Assembly: GCA_018830005.1 (NCBI GenBank)
Contig: JAHJTE010000002.1
Location: forward strand, 7,053-71,052
DNA length: 64,000 bases
Source: Candidatus Omnitrophota bacterium
Lineage (GTDB): Bacteria > Omnitrophota > Gorgyraeia > JAHJTE01
Direction of reading: 5' to 3'
The notes under the pieces were generated by a model. That model was not told the origin of the DNA, did no database searches, and saw only the letters and a list, made by a program, of their open reading frames with translations. Positions 17,544 through 28,498 of this stretch are shown one piece after another. The translations under genes and the position numbers were made by a program. How positions within the stretch are numbered: the stretch's first letter is position 1; every line of letters begins with the position of its first letter.

Positions 17544-18235
17544 AGAATTCCCTAGCCATATCTTCCTGGAGCGGAGGAAAGGATAGTTGCCTTGCTTGCT
17601 ATAAGGCGATGAGACTTGGCTACAAAATAAAATACCTCCTAAATTTTATCTCTAAAGAATATAAACGCTGCTGTTTTCATGGAATTGAAGCTAGGCTGCT
17701 AAAATTGCAGGCTGAACTTGTAGGAATTCCACTCGTTCAAAAAGAGGTTTCACCTGACATGAAAAAGTATGAACAAGAGTTTAAACAGGCTGTAAACGAG
17801 CTTAAAGATAAAGGCATTAGAGAAATGGTGTTTGGAGACATCTATTTGGATGAACACAAAATCTGGGTTGAACGCGTATGCAAGGAAATCGGAATTAAGC
17901 CTATAGAACCCCTCTGGAACCTTTCACCAGAAAAAATCGTAGAAGATTTTATTAATCTAGGATTTAAAGCAATCGTTGTTAGCTGTAAGGCTGATATGTT
18001 TGGAAAAGAGTTTATTGGAAGATATGTAGATAAAGATTTCCTAAAAGAACTTACAGCAAGAGGGATTTGTCCTTGCGGTGAGAACGGCGAATTTCATACC
18101 TTTATTGTTGATGGACCTATATTTAAAAAAAGAATAGAGATAACAGAAAGTCAAACAGTTCTTAAAAAAGGCTTTTGGGAGTATTGGTTTTTAGATATTA
18201 AGAAATATCAAGTTAAAGGAAAGGAGGAAAATTAA
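17540..18235 (+). CDS. DUF71/COG2102 PP-loop ATPase (diphthine-ammonia ligase-like)
   Basis: SWSGGKDS, FGDIYLDEH, PLW and CGENGEFHT motifs. Confidence 0.9.
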   Translation: MKNSLAISSWSGGKDSCLACYKAMRLGYKIKYLLNFISKEYKRCCFHGIEARLLKLQAELVGIPLVQKEVSPDMKKYEQEFKQAVNELKDKGIREMVFGDIYLDEHKIWVERVCKEIGIKPIEPLWNLSPEKIVEDFINLGFKAIVVSCKADMFGKEFIGRYVDKDFLKELTARGICPCGENGEFHTFIVDGPIFKKRIEITESQTVLKKGFWEYWFLDIKKYQVKGKEEN

Positions 18236-18246
18236 TACAACTTGAT

Positions 18247-18372
18247 AGAAGGTATAGACAAAAACACTTTATATAGGCAAAGGAAGTAGGGGTGAAATTC
18301 CCCTTGCTGTCCCGCAACGGTAATACCCAGGCTTGATAAAAGCCTAGGTGAGCCCGGACGATTGCCTCGCTA
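18247..18372 (+). ncRNA. Cobalamin riboswitch (short form) upstream of btuB
   Basis: AAAGGAAGTAGGGGTGAAATTCCCC..GCTGTCCCGCAACGGTAA...GAGCCCGGA...TGCC. Confidence 0.85.
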
Positions 18373-18421
18373 TTTCTGCTTGCAATAAGCAGGAAAGTAT
18401 CCTCGCGGAAGGAGAAAAACA

Positions 18422-20284
18422 ATGAATAAATTTAAATGCTTGTTTACTTTGACTTTATTATGTATTTTCTGTCTAATTAATACTAAGGTAGATGCAAATG
18501 AGTCTGGTACATCTCATTACACAATTGATTTAGAAAAGATTGTAATTACGCCTTCTAGGCTAAAGCAGGAATATAGGCATTCCACCCAAAATATAAGTAT
18601 TATCACTAAAGAAGACATTGAGTCTGAAGGCAAGCTTGAGATCTCAGAGGTCCTGGATTTATTGCCTTCAGTAGATATATTAGAGTATGGTTCTACTGGC
18701 TCTACGCGAGCTATCCATACCCGAGGTGCCTCATCCAGCCAAGTCCTCACTCTTGTTGACGGAAGACCAGTCAATACCCCGCGCGATGGTCTCACAGATT
18801 TTAATCAAATTCCTCTTTCAAACATTGAAAGGATTGAAGTTTTGCGCGGCCCTTTAAGTAGTATATATGGCGCGAATGCGGTAGGCGGGGTTATCAATAT
18901 AATTACTAAAAGCGGAAAAGAAAAAAAACAGACTAAAAGTTCAAGCAAATTCGGTTCTTTCAATACAAAATCTGTTTCTTTAACCCACTCAAATAAAATA
19001 GATAAGTTCGATTATTTTATATCCAGCGACTACCTAGCCTCGCATGGCCATAGAGATAATGCTGACTATTTAAGCAACAATGTAAATACAAAATTAGGGA
19101 TTGAGTTAGATGCTGACAATCATATTAATACTTCTTTTGGATACTACAATTCAGAAGTAGGAACCCCGGGCTTAATTACTAATCAAGACCTGGATGATAG
19201 ACAGGAAACATTTAAAAAATATATCGATATAACTTATGATGGGAAAATGTTGGAAGGTCAAGATATAGTTTTAAAGGTATATCAGAATTTTGATAGATTG
19301 GAATTTATTGAAGCCTTTGATCCGCTTGATAAAGATACACAACAGACCAAGGTTTATGGGACAGATTTTCAGATTTCTCAAGTTCTATTCGATATTTATC
19401 GATCCGCAATTGGATTAAGCTTTCAAGAGCACAGACTTAACAGTTCAAACAGCGGCAAACATAGCTATAGCCTGAAAGGGACTTATTTTGAATCAGAGAC
19501 AGACATTTTTAATAAAGGGTCCTTGAAGTTCGGAGCACGCTGGGATGACTATTCAAATTTTGGAGATAGGATTAGCCCTAGTGCTAGTTTTAATCTTTGG
19601 TTATTTGATAAAATAAAGCTGCATGCCTTGGCAGCAAAATCTTTCCGTGCGCCTACTTTTAATGATCTTTACTGGCCGCAAGAAGATTGGGGTATTTGGG
19701 GCGGGGTAGAAGGGAATTCTAATCTTGGTCCTGAAAAAGCAATTTCATATGAAGCAGGCATAGGCGGGTATTCCTTAGGAAGACTTAAGACTGATATTAC
19801 ATATTTTATGACAGATTTCGATGATTTAATAGAATGGACAGTTGATGACTCTTGGTGGTGGAGACCTGAAAATGTTAGCTCTGCATCTATAAGAGGAGCT
19901 GAGCTTGAGACAGAATTCGTTACAAATGACCATTTTAAAGCTAATTTTAACTACACTTACCTAAGAGCTAAAAATAAAGATACAAAGAACTGGTTAATAT
20001 ATCGGCCTAGACATCTGTATAAGTTAAAATTAACCTACTCACCTGTCCCTAGATACGAATTGGGCTTAAGCGGCATATACAAAACAAAAAGATTCAGCAA
20101 TGCAAGCAATACGACCTTTCTCAAGGCCTACTTTATTATGAATATGAACCTTTCCTACAAAATAAATGATTTTGCGCAAATTTTGTTTGAGACTAAAAAT
20201 ATCTTTGATAGAACGTATCAAGAGGAGAGGGACTATTCTATGCCAGGAAGGGCATTTTATAGCGGGTTTAAATTAACATTTTAA
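18422..20284 (+). CDS. btuB: TonB-dependent cobalamin receptor
   Basis: Signal peptide; plug motif IERIEVLRGP..SIYGANAVGGVINIIT; FRAPTFNDLY; C-terminal F; riboswitch upstream. Confidence 0.9.
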   Translation: MNKFKCLFTLTLLCIFCLINTKVDANESGTSHYTIDLEKIVITPSRLKQEYRHSTQNISIITKEDIESEGKLEISEVLDLLPSVDILEYGSTGSTRAIHTRGASSSQVLTLVDGRPVNTPRDGLTDFNQIPLSNIERIEVLRGPLSSIYGANAVGGVINIITKSGKEKKQTKSSSKFGSFNTKSVSLTHSNKIDKFDYFISSDYLASHGHRDNADYLSNNVNTKLGIELDADNHINTSFGYYNSEVGTPGLITNQDLDDRQETFKKYIDITYDGKMLEGQDIVLKVYQNFDRLEFIEAFDPLDKDTQQTKVYGTDFQISQVLFDIYRSAIGLSFQEHRLNSSNSGKHSYSLKGTYFESETDIFNKGSLKFGARWDDYSNFGDRISPSASFNLWLFDKIKLHALAAKSFRAPTFNDLYWPQEDWGIWGGVEGNSNLGPEKAISYEAGIGGYSLGRLKTDITYFMTDFDDLIEWTVDDSWWWRPENVSSASIRGAELETEFVTNDHFKANFNYTYLRAKNKDTKNWLIYRPRHLYKLKLTYSPVPRYELGLSGIYKTKRFSNASNTTFLKAYFIMNMNLSYKINDFAQILFETKNIFDRTYQEERDYSMPGRAFYSGFKLTF

Positions 20285-20369
20285 TTTGGCTTGAGTTTTT
20301 ATTTTTTATATGTTATAGTATTTTATAGAAGCAAGAAAAAACTTCTAACTAATTACTATATTTGAAGTT

Positions 20370-21056
20370 ATGGAGCATTCTAGTGCCCAATTTAAAGTAA
20401 TCATATTAATTTCGATATTTATTCACGCTGTGTTCCTTCTAGAATTGCCACGATTTAAAATAATACCTCCAAAGAAATCTTTAACGAATCTGGAGGTAAC
20501 ATATAAGATCCTAAAGCTAGAAAATGCCTTGAATAAAAAATTAAAGCAGAATGTTAATCAACGCGAGGATCTTAGTAAGCTTAAAAAAAATAGACTACTT
20601 CTAAAGGCAGGAGACATGTCTAGTCCGCCGGCATTTTCGCAAAAAGCAGATCTTTTGAGTACCGGTAAGGTTATCGTACGTAATGTACAATTGCCTACGA
20701 GAAAAGAAAAATCACCCATAGAAATAGTAAAGCTTCCTGTGGTCAGCTCTCCTTTTATGTCAAATCCGGCATATTTGAGCTATTACCAGATAATCCGGGA
20801 GAAGATCAAAAATGTGGCTCACTTAAACAATACTTTAGTTAACGAAGGAGAGGTGTATTTATCCTTTGTTGTCGATTCCAGTGGTCAACTCATAACTGCA
20901 AAGGTCGTTAACGAAAAATCAACTAATAATCAAGAACTACAATATATGGCACATAGCTTCTTAGAAAAAGCAGCGCCTTTTCCAGTATTCCCACCAAAAC
21001 TCAAGCATCAGCAACTCTCCTTCAATGTCATTATTGAATTCAGATTGGTTGACTGA
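20370..21056 (+). CDS. TonB C-terminal domain protein
   Basis: N-terminal TM with SxxxH; C-terminal GEVYLSFVVDSSG...AAPFPVFP. Confidence 0.75.
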   Translation: MEHSSAQFKVIILISIFIHAVFLLELPRFKIIPPKKSLTNLEVTYKILKLENALNKKLKQNVNQREDLSKLKKNRLLLKAGDMSSPPAFSQKADLLSTGKVIVRNVQLPTRKEKSPIEIVKLPVVSSPFMSNPAYLSYYQIIREKIKNVAHLNNTLVNEGEVYLSFVVDSSGQLITAKVVNEKSTNNQELQYMAHSFLEKAAPFPVFPPKLKHQQLSFNVIIEFRLVD

Positions 21057-21072
21057 AATTCATACAAGTAAG

Positions 21073-21101
21073 TTGACATAACATTCTAACAGTGCTATAG
21101 T
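21073..21101 (+). promoter_or_regulatory. Sigma70 promoter for rpsU operon
   Basis: TTGACA-17nt-TATAGT. Confidence 0.65.
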
Positions 21102-21135
21102 TGTAATACTATTTAAAGAATGAGGGGTGATATTA

Positions 21136-21297
21136 ATGTCCGAAGTAGAAGTACGCAAAGGCGAACCATTTGAATCTGCATTGCGTCGTTTTAAGAAGAA
21201 GATCGAACGCGAAGGAATATTAAGAGAGGTCAGAGACCGCAAACACTATGAAAAGCCTAGTGAAAAAAGAAGGAAAAAAGGCAAAAGAAAAAAATAA
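21136..21297 (+). CDS. rpsU: 30S ribosomal protein S21 (53 aa, missing from ORF track)
   Basis: [53 protein letters not shown]. Confidence 0.95.
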   Translation: MSEVEVRKGEPFESALRRFKKKIEREGILREVRDRKHYEKPSEKRRKKGKRKK

Positions 21298-22199
21298 TGT
21301 TTGCACTTTCTTTATCCTGGAACGTCAACAAATTTAGAAGTGCAAAGAAACAGATTGATGAGATAGTTAAGGTAGGATTTAAGGAATTAGAGCTTAACTT
21401 TAGTCTTACCGAAAAAAGAATCAGACAAATAGATAGGCTGAGGAAAGAAGGCATGATTAGAATCCTCAGCTGTCATAATTTCTGCCCGATACCTAACTGC
21501 CTCTCAACTAAAAAGGCGTTACCAGACTATTATTCCATTTCCTCGCTAAACGAGAAGAAGCGGCGTCTTGCTTTAAAATATACCAAAAAGTCAATAGAGA
21601 CTGCTTCACAGCTAAAGGCAAGGGCGCTTATCTTGCATTCAGGAAGAGTGGATATGCAAGATAAAAGCAAGCAGCTCATGCAATTGTTTGCTGCCGGCAA
21701 GGGCAATTCCTCTGCTTTTAAAAGTATTAAAAACAGAATGCGCATCTTACGTGAAAAGAGGAAGAAGCCGCATTTAGAGAAGGCCCTCACGAGTATAGGA
21801 GAGCTTTCTAATTACGCAAAAAAGCTGAATGTAAAGCTTGGTCTGGAAAATCGTATCTATTATTCTGAAATCCCACAACTAGATGAATTCGATATTCTGC
21901 TTCAAAACACAAATGCCTTTTTTTGGTTTGATACAGGCCATGCCAGGATTATGCAAAAGCTCTGGGGTATCAGAGAGAAGGAATACTTAAAGAGATACTC
22001 CTCTAAGTTTATTGGCGTCCATCTTCACGATGTAATTGGCATGCAGGATCATCTTGCCCCGGGCGTAGGAGAACTTAATTTCAAATCTTTAGCGCCTTAT
22101 ATTAAAAGAAATACGATTAAGGTAATTGAAGCACATGCTGCGGCTAGTAAAGAAGAGTTGGGCCAAAGCATTAATTTCTTAAATAAAATTTTTAGTTGA
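21297..22199 (+). CDS. Sugar phosphate isomerase/epimerase (AP endonuclease 2 TIM barrel)
   Basis: GLEN, DTGH, HLHD and DHLAPGVG motifs. Confidence 0.8.
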   Translation: MFALSLSWNVNKFRSAKKQIDEIVKVGFKELELNFSLTEKRIRQIDRLRKEGMIRILSCHNFCPIPNCLSTKKALPDYYSISSLNEKKRRLALKYTKKSIETASQLKARALILHSGRVDMQDKSKQLMQLFAAGKGNSSAFKSIKNRMRILREKRKKPHLEKALTSIGELSNYAKKLNVKLGLENRIYYSEIPQLDEFDILLQNTNAFFWFDTGHARIMQKLWGIREKEYLKRYSSKFIGVHLHDVIGMQDHLAPGVGELNFKSLAPYIKRNTIKVIEAHAAASKEELGQSINFLNKIFS

Positions 22200-22200
22200 T

Positions 22201-23013
22201 ATGTTGCGTGAGTCTGTTGCCTCAGGCAAGTTTTATCCTTCTAGCGCTGCTGCAATTAGAAAGCAGATTAATTCCCTTCTTCCTAAAGAAAGGGCGCAAA
22301 AATCATCTGCGATTGCAGCCATGCTTCCTCATGCCGGCTATATTTACTCCGGAGAGGTAGCAGTTAGCGTAATAGCGCAACTTGAAATTAGAAAAAATAT
22401 AATCCTCCTAGGGCCGAATCATACTGGCATAGGAAAGAGGGTAAGTATTTCATCAAAAGGTAAGTGGAACACACCTATGGGGGATGTGGAAATAAACGAA
22501 GAAATCGCAAAGGCATTTCTTTCCAATTCTGAAATTTTAGAAGAAGATATAAGCGCACATGTTTACGAACACTGCCTGGAAGTAGAACTTCCAATCCTGC
22601 AATATTTTAGTAGTGATTTTAAGATTGTTCCGATTGTTGTTGGGCAAATTAGCCTAAGTGAAATACTAAAACTTGCCGCCGACCTTGTAAAAACAATTAA
22701 GACAGCTGATCTTGTTGATGAAACCTTGTTTTTGGCAAGTTCGGATATGACGCATTATGAAAGTCAGCAGGAGGCAAATTCAAAAGACAAGCTTGCAATT
22801 TCCCAAATAGAGAAGCTCTCAGCAAAAGGCTTAATAGAAATCGTAAGTAAAAATAATATCTCAATGTGTGGGGTATACCCTACAGCTGTAGTTATTGAAG
22901 CAGCACGGATATTAGGAGCCAAGAAGGCCGAGCTGATAAAATACGAAACAAGCGCTAAAGCAAGCGGCGATTATTCTCAAGTAGTAGGTTACGCTGGTTT
23001 GATTATCAAATGA
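22201..23013 (+). CDS. amrB: MEMO1 family / AmmeMemoRadiSam protein B
   Basis: PHAGYIYSG, GPNHTG, EHCLEV, SSDMTHY and VVGYAG motifs. Confidence 0.9.
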   Translation: MLRESVASGKFYPSSAAAIRKQINSLLPKERAQKSSAIAAMLPHAGYIYSGEVAVSVIAQLEIRKNIILLGPNHTGIGKRVSISSKGKWNTPMGDVEINEEIAKAFLSNSEILEEDISAHVYEHCLEVELPILQYFSSDFKIVPIVVGQISLSEILKLAADLVKTIKTADLVDETLFLASSDMTHYESQQEANSKDKLAISQIEKLSAKGLIEIVSKNNISMCGVYPTAVVIEAARILGAKKAELIKYETSAKASGDYSQVVGYAGLIIK

Positions 23014-23034
23014 AACAGGAGCGTTCAGAAAGAG

Positions 23035-23415
23035 GTGAATTATATGGAGAGCCCTGAAAAAAAGAAGATTGATGAAGATTGGAAGAAAACTGCAAAAGAG
23101 GAAAAGGCGCAAAAGCCAGAAGGCGCTGAAGGTGACGATAGTAAAGACGGATTCTTACCAGACGAACCAAATTTTACTTTTTTTGTAAGCACCTTGGGTA
23201 TGCAGGCCTCTATCGCCTTAGGGGATATGCCAAATCCAGTTACAAAAGAACAAAAAGTAGATTTAAGGCAAGCTAAGTTCTTTATAGATACCTTAACCAT
23301 GATAAAAGACAAGACATCCGGGAATTTAGCATTAGAAGAGGATAATTTTATAGATACACTTCTCTATGAATTAAAAATGCGTTTTGTTGAAAAATCAAAA
23401 GGGGCCAAGGCTTAA
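23035..23415 (+). CDS. DUF1844 domain protein
   Basis: ALGDMPNP...AKFFIDTL..IKDKTSGNL...LYELKMRFV. Confidence 0.8.
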   Translation: MNYMESPEKKKIDEDWKKTAKEEKAQKPEGAEGDDSKDGFLPDEPNFTFFVSTLGMQASIALGDMPNPVTKEQKVDLRQAKFFIDTLTMIKDKTSGNLALEEDNFIDTLLYELKMRFVEKSKGAKA

Positions 23416-23432
23416 ACAGGAGGTGGCCAAAG

Positions 23433-23591
23433 ATGATAGACAAAGAATTGTTAGATATCCTTGCGTGTCCTGCGTGTAAGGCAGACATTGAATTAAAAAA
23501 GGAAAAAATTGTCTGCACGAAATGCGGACGTAAATACCCAATAAAAGACGGTATTCCGATAATGCTTATTGATGAGGCAGAGCAGGATTAA
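23433..23591 (+). CDS. Trm112/YcaR family protein (52 aa, missing from ORF track)
   Basis: [16 protein letters not shown]...[18 protein letters not shown]; SD AGGAGG. Confidence 0.9.
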   Translation: MIDKELLDILACPACKADIELKKEKIVCTKCGRKYPIKDGIPIMLIDEAEQD

Positions 23592-23623
23592 TCAAGAGAT
23601 CCTTGCGTTCAAAAGGGGTGATT

Positions 23624-24064
23624 ATGCGCAAAATCCTAATTATTCATGGACCAAATCTTAACCTCCTAGGTCAAAGAGAGGTAGACGTCTATGGTAAAGT
23701 AACCTTAGAGGAAATCAATAGCAGTCTAAAAAAAATCGCCAAAAAAGAAAAACTGACGCTTAAGATACTCCAATCCAATCATGAAGGCGAAATAGTAGAC
23801 GTAATCGGTAAGGCCAAAAAACAAGGCTTTAGCGCTATTGTAATAAATCCTGCTGCCTACACCCATACAAGCGTAGCTATCAGGGATGCCGTAGCTGCCT
23901 CAGGCCTGCCGACCATAGAAGTACATTTATCAAATATATATTCTCGTGAAGAATTTAGACAGCATTCTCTTACAGCTGCCGTAACAACAGGACAGATTTG
24001 CGGTTTTGGTATTAACAGCTATTGCTTAGGGTTGCTCGCTGCCTCTAGAATAATAAAAAAGTGA
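23624..24064 (+). CDS. aroQ: Type II 3-dehydroquinate dehydratase
   Basis: [24 protein letters not shown] and EVHLSN motifs. Confidence 0.95.
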   Translation: MRKILIIHGPNLNLLGQREVDVYGKVTLEEINSSLKKIAKKEKLTLKILQSNHEGEIVDVIGKAKKQGFSAIVINPAAYTHTSVAIRDAVAASGLPTIEVHLSNIYSREEFRQHSLTAAVTTGQICGFGINSYCLGLLAASRIIKK

Positions 24065-25125
24065 AACAACGATTGCTTTATCTCCACAGCAAACTGGATG
24101 AACTGAATCTGGATGCCCTCCTCATAACAGATGTATCCAACATTGCTTATCTTGCAAATTTTAAGGCAGATGATTGTTATATCATTTTAGATGCGAAAAA
24201 AAGGTATTTTTTGACTGATTTCAGGAACATTGAAGAGGCAAAAAAAGCAGTAAAGAACTTTAATGCTGTTTGTATTAAAGATTCTGTGTTTAAGACAGTA
24301 CCTGAGCTTATTAAAAAAATAAAGGCGAGGAGATTGGGTTTTGAGGCAAAATCATTGGATTACGCATCCTATGCGAAATTAAAAAAAGACCTAAAAAAGA
24401 ACTGCAAGTTAATTCCTACATTTGATTTGATTGAAGACTCACGACAGATAAAGACAGAAAGCGAAATCCGGTTAATAAGAAAGGCTGTTAATATCTCTAT
24501 AGGTGCCTATAGATTCGTAAAAAGAATCATTCGCGCCAATATGAGTGAAAATGACCTTATCTCGCGAATCGAAAGTTTTATAAAAGATAAAGGCGCACAA
24601 GGAACTTCTTTTGAGCCGATCGCCGCCAGCGGTAGGCATTCATCCTATCCGCATGCAAGAAGTACAGATAAAAAAATTGGTAAAAACAGCGTTCTAACAT
24701 TGGATTTTGGAGTCGATTATAAGGGCTATAAATCCGACTTGACAAGGGTATTTTTTTTGGGTAGAATACCTGCAGATTTAAGGAAAATTTACGACGTTGT
24801 TCTTGAGGCACAAGCTAGAGCGATTTCTAAAATAGAACCAGGCATTTCTGCGGCCCAAATCGATGCGGAAGCGAGAAATTTTATAGCCCGAAAAGGATTT
24901 GGGCGTTTTTTTCAGCATGCTACTGGCCATGGTATTGGTCTGGAAGTACACGAGGCACCTTTTATATCAAAGAAAAATAAGAAACCTCTCATCCCGGGTA
25001 TGGTCTTCACAGTAGAGCCGGGAATATATATACCGGGAAGGTTTGGGGTTAGAATCGAAGATATGGTTTTGGTCAAGAAAAATGGAGTTGAGGTTCTAAG
25101 TGGCGCTCTCAATAAATCAGCTTAA
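24061..25125 (+). CDS. Xaa-Pro aminopeptidase (M24)
   Basis: DFG...[23 protein letters not shown] and GVRIED motifs. Confidence 0.9.
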   Translation: MKQRLLYLHSKLDELNLDALLITDVSNIAYLANFKADDCYIILDAKKRYFLTDFRNIEEAKKAVKNFNAVCIKDSVFKTVPELIKKIKARRLGFEAKSLDYASYAKLKKDLKKNCKLIPTFDLIEDSRQIKTESEIRLIRKAVNISIGAYRFVKRIIRANMSENDLISRIESFIKDKGAQGTSFEPIAASGRHSSYPHARSTDKKIGKNSVLTLDFGVDYKGYKSDLTRVFFLGRIPADLRKIYDVVLEAQARAISKIEPGISAAQIDAEARNFIARKGFGRFFQHATGHGIGLEVHEAPFISKKNKKPLIPGMVFTVEPGIYIPGRFGVRIEDMVLVKKNGVEVLSGALNKSA

Positions 25126-25663
25126 GAGTGGCTTGACTGTCCTTATTGACGGACAAGTATATACAGTAGTAAGCACTCAACATGTAAAGCCGGGCAAGGG
25201 CTCTGCATTCAGCAGGACGAAACTAAGGAATCTAAAGACAGATACAGTCTCTGAAAAGAAATTCCGTTGCGAGGAAAGAATTGAAGAGGCATTTGTGGAA
25301 CAAAAAAAGATACAATATCTATATAATACACACGATGTGTATCATTTTATGGACCTTGAAAATTACGAAGAAATCGCCATTAGCAAAAACCGACTTAAGG
25401 ACCAATTGCATTTTCTGAAAGATAATCTAGAATTATCCGCTTCTTTTTATGATGGAGAACTGCTTACAATCAGCCTTCCTGCATTTGTCAATTTTAAAAT
25501 ATTACACACTGAAGCTGCAATTAAAGGCGATACTGTAAAGGCAGGCACAAAATCGGCAACAATTGAAACAAAACATACTATTCAGGTGCCACTTTTCATT
25601 AAGCAAGGAGACATTGTTAAAATCGATACCCGAACTGGTAAATATCTTGAACGCGCTTCTTAG
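25100..25663 (+). CDS. efp: Elongation factor P
   Basis: HVKPGKGSAF and VPLFI...IDTRTG motifs. Confidence 0.95.
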   Translation: MALSINQLKSGLTVLIDGQVYTVVSTQHVKPGKGSAFSRTKLRNLKTDTVSEKKFRCEERIEEAFVEQKKIQYLYNTHDVYHFMDLENYEEIAISKNRLKDQLHFLKDNLELSASFYDGELLTISLPAFVNFKILHTEAAIKGDTVKAGTKSATIETKHTIQVPLFIKQGDIVKIDTRTGKYLERAS

Positions 25664-25681
25664 ACATAATGGAGGGAAGCT

Positions 25682-26149
25682 ATGAACATCCGAGAAATTA
25701 AAGAAATGTTATCCCTGATGAACGAGAACAATCTTGCAGAATTTGAGTTTGAAAAGGATGGCATGCGCATTCGCCTTAAGAAAGGAACTGGCTCGCAATA
25801 TGAAGTATCAACCACACAGCCTGACGGCGAGCAAACCAAGGAAATCCTGGACGCCCAGAAACAACAGGCAAAATCTTCAAGTGAAGCCTCAAAAGAAGTA
25901 AAAGGACTTATTGAAATAAAGGTGCCCATGGTGGGTACTTTTTATCGCGCACCTAGTCCGGAGACGCCTCCATACATAGAAGTCGGACAGGTTATTAGTA
26001 AAGGCCAAATAATCTGTATTGTCGAAGCTATGAAATTAATGAATGAGATCAAATCTGAACACAAAGGTAAGATCGTTGAAATCTTAGTAAATAATGCTGA
26101 GCCTGTAGAATATGGACAGGTGATTATGCGCCTGGAACCATCTTCCTAG
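25682..26149 (+). CDS. accB: Biotin carboxyl carrier protein
   Basis: PMVGTFY and EAMKLMNEI motifs. Confidence 0.95.
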   Translation: MNIREIKEMLSLMNENNLAEFEFEKDGMRIRLKKGTGSQYEVSTTQPDGEQTKEILDAQKQQAKSSSEASKEVKGLIEIKVPMVGTFYRAPSPETPPYIEVGQVISKGQIICIVEAMKLMNEIKSEHKGKIVEILVNNAEPVEYGQVIMRLEPSS

Positions 26150-26167
26150 CCTGCAATTTGCGATAAT

Positions 26168-27520
26168 ATGTTTTCAAAAATTTTAATTGCTAATCGTGGT
26201 GAAATAGCATTAAGAATTATCCACGCCTGTAAAGAACTCGGAATTAAAACTGTTGGGGTATATTCTGAAGCTGATGTAGACAGTCTGCATGTGCGCTTTG
26301 CAGACGAAGTTGTCTGCATTGGTCCTGCAAACAGCGCAAATAGTTATTTAAACATTCCTGCCATCATTAGCGCTGCAGAGATTACTGACGTAGAGGCAAT
26401 CCATCCTGGGTATGGTTTCCTTGCGGAAAATGCCCATTTTGCCGAAATCTGTCAATCCTGCCAGATAGAATTTATCGGACCTTCTCCTTACAATATGCGA
26501 CTCATGGGAGACAAGATGGCAGCGCGTGAGACAATGAAAAAGGCTAAGATTCCCATAATCCCCGGTACGCTAACCGCCATTAAAGAAAAAGAAGATGCAA
26601 TAAAGATAGCAAAAAAAATAAAATATCCAATAATGATAAAGGCTACCGCGGGTGGTGGCGGAAAAGGAATGCGCATCTGTCATAATGACGTGCGACTGAT
26701 CAGCGCTTTAATTACAGCCCAGAATGAAGCTGAATCAAGCTTTGGAAATCCTGATGTCTATTTTGAAAAATATATATCCAATTCCCGTCATATTGAATTC
26801 CAAATTGTAGCTGATCGCAAAGGTCACACAGTCCATTTAGGCGAGCGCGATTGCAGCATCCAAAGAAGACATCAAAAGCTTCTAGAAGAATCTCCTTCTA
26901 TGGCCCTGGATGACAAACTAAGAAGAAAAATGGGCGAGGTTGCTATAAAGGCTGCCAAGGCCGTGGGCTATCAAGGCGTAGGTACAGTTGAATTCCTCCT
27001 AGATGAAAACGGAGATTTTTACTTTTTAGAGATGAATACTCGTATACAGGTTGAACATCCGGTTACAGAGACGCTCACAGGCATAGATCTTGTAAAACTA
27101 CAAATTCTTTTAGCAGCAGGTGAAAAGCTGAAATTGAAACAGGATAAGATAAAATCATCGGGCCACTCAATAGAATGTAGAATCAATGCAGAAGATCCTG
27201 ACAATGGTTTCCTGCCCTCCCCAGGCCTGATAAAGAATTTAATCTTGCCAGGCGGACCTAATATAAGAATTGACACTCATGTCTACTCCGGATATAAAAT
27301 CCCACCCTATTATGACTCTTTAATTGCAAAATTAATCACTAAAGGCAACAATCGCAATGAGGCGCTGCAGACAATGCGCCGCGCCCTTGATGAATTTATA
27401 ATCGAACCGATAAAGACAACCATTCCTTTTCACAGAGAACTATTGGAAAACCGTAATTTCTTAAGGGGAGAAATTACTACGCATTTTATCGAAGACCTAT
27501 TATCCGAAAAGAAGGAGTGA
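26168..27520 (+). CDS. accC: Biotin carboxylase
   Basis: [28 protein letters not shown] and [10 protein letters not shown] motifs. Confidence 0.97.
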   Translation: MFSKILIANRGEIALRIIHACKELGIKTVGVYSEADVDSLHVRFADEVVCIGPANSANSYLNIPAIISAAEITDVEAIHPGYGFLAENAHFAEICQSCQIEFIGPSPYNMRLMGDKMAARETMKKAKIPIIPGTLTAIKEKEDAIKIAKKIKYPIMIKATAGGGGKGMRICHNDVRLISALITAQNEAESSFGNPDVYFEKYISNSRHIEFQIVADRKGHTVHLGERDCSIQRRHQKLLEESPSMALDDKLRRKMGEVAIKAAKAVGYQGVGTVEFLLDENGDFYFLEMNTRIQVEHPVTETLTGIDLVKLQILLAAGEKLKLKQDKIKSSGHSIECRINAEDPDNGFLPSPGLIKNLILPGGPNIRIDTHVYSGYKIPPYYDSLIAKLITKGNNRNEALQTMRRALDEFIIEPIKTTIPFHRELLENRNFLRGEITTHFIEDLLSEKKE

Positions 27521-27885
27521 GTATTATGGATCAAAATGTAAAAAGTGAGTTGGGAACCATCCGCATACACAAAAAGGTTATTAGCTCCATTACTACGAAT
27601 GCTGCCAAAGAAGTAGATGGCGTTGCTGACTTGGGTTATTCGCTAAAAAGCTTTGTATCTAAGCTGTTTGGGCTCAATCTTGGCGGAATAATAGACGTTA
27701 ACATTGACAATAATAACGAGGTTACTATATCTGTTCCAATTATAGTTTCCTACGGCTATAACCTTCCAGAGGTTGCAGCCAAGGTACAGGAAAATGTACG
27801 CAAGATGATAGAAAAAAGCACAGAACTAAATATTAAACAGATTGACGTAAATATCCAGGCAGTAGAAAAGGAGGCGAAAAAGTGA
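27517..27885 (+). CDS. Asp23/Gls24 family protein
   Basis: GTIRI...AAKEVDGV...[16 protein letters not shown]...IDVNI. Confidence 0.85.
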   Translation: MSIMDQNVKSELGTIRIHKKVISSITTNAAKEVDGVADLGYSLKSFVSKLFGLNLGGIIDVNIDNNNEVTISVPIIVSYGYNLPEVAAKVQENVRKMIEKSTELNIKQIDVNIQAVEKEAKK

Positions 27886-28475
27886 AGATTATAACTAAAT
27901 TTGTTATCTATTGTTATACGATCGTCTTATTCACGATTGGCGCATTATTGATAAGCTTTGCTCTTGGAAAAATCGATGCCTATGACTTAACTGTTCTCTT
28001 GAAAAGCCTTGACACCGTTAATGCCAGATTGGCTACAGGTCTAACAGGCCTATTGATTATTCTAATTGGTTTTGTTTTCTCTCAAATAATGTTTTCAAGG
28101 ATTAAGCGTGAAAAAACAATAGCCTTTCAAACAGCTAGCGGCGAGGTCCTTGTGGCCTTAAATGCAGTAGAAGACCTAATCAGAAAATTAACCGGCGATA
28201 TCGAAGGAATAAAAGAAGCAAGGCCAAACGTCATAGCCTCCAAAAAGGGCATAGAGATTAATTTAAGGCTAGCCTTGAATGCCGACGTGCACATCCCTGA
28301 ATTTACAGGAAAGGTTCAGGAGTTGATAAAGGAGAGGATTCAGGAAATCCTCGGAATTGATGAGGCAATCACCGTTAAGATATTTGTCACTAAGATACTG
28401 GCCAAAGACAGACCGCGAAATAAAAAAGAAGCAGAAGAAGATACATCAGTCCCGTTTAGGGGTTACAAAAGATAA
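27882..28475 (+). CDS. AmaP-like Asp23 membrane anchor
   Basis: Two N-terminal TMs plus an Asp23-like soluble domain; follows the asp23 gene. Confidence 0.75.
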   Translation: MKIITKFVIYCYTIVLFTIGALLISFALGKIDAYDLTVLLKSLDTVNARLATGLTGLLIILIGFVFSQIMFSRIKREKTIAFQTASGEVLVALNAVEDLIRKLTGDIEGIKEARPNVIASKKGIEINLRLALNADVHIPEFTGKVQELIKERIQEILGIDEAITVKIFVTKILAKDRPRNKKEAEEDTSVPFRGYKR

Positions 28476-28498
28476 CAATCAGTGGAGGCTAACAAGAA

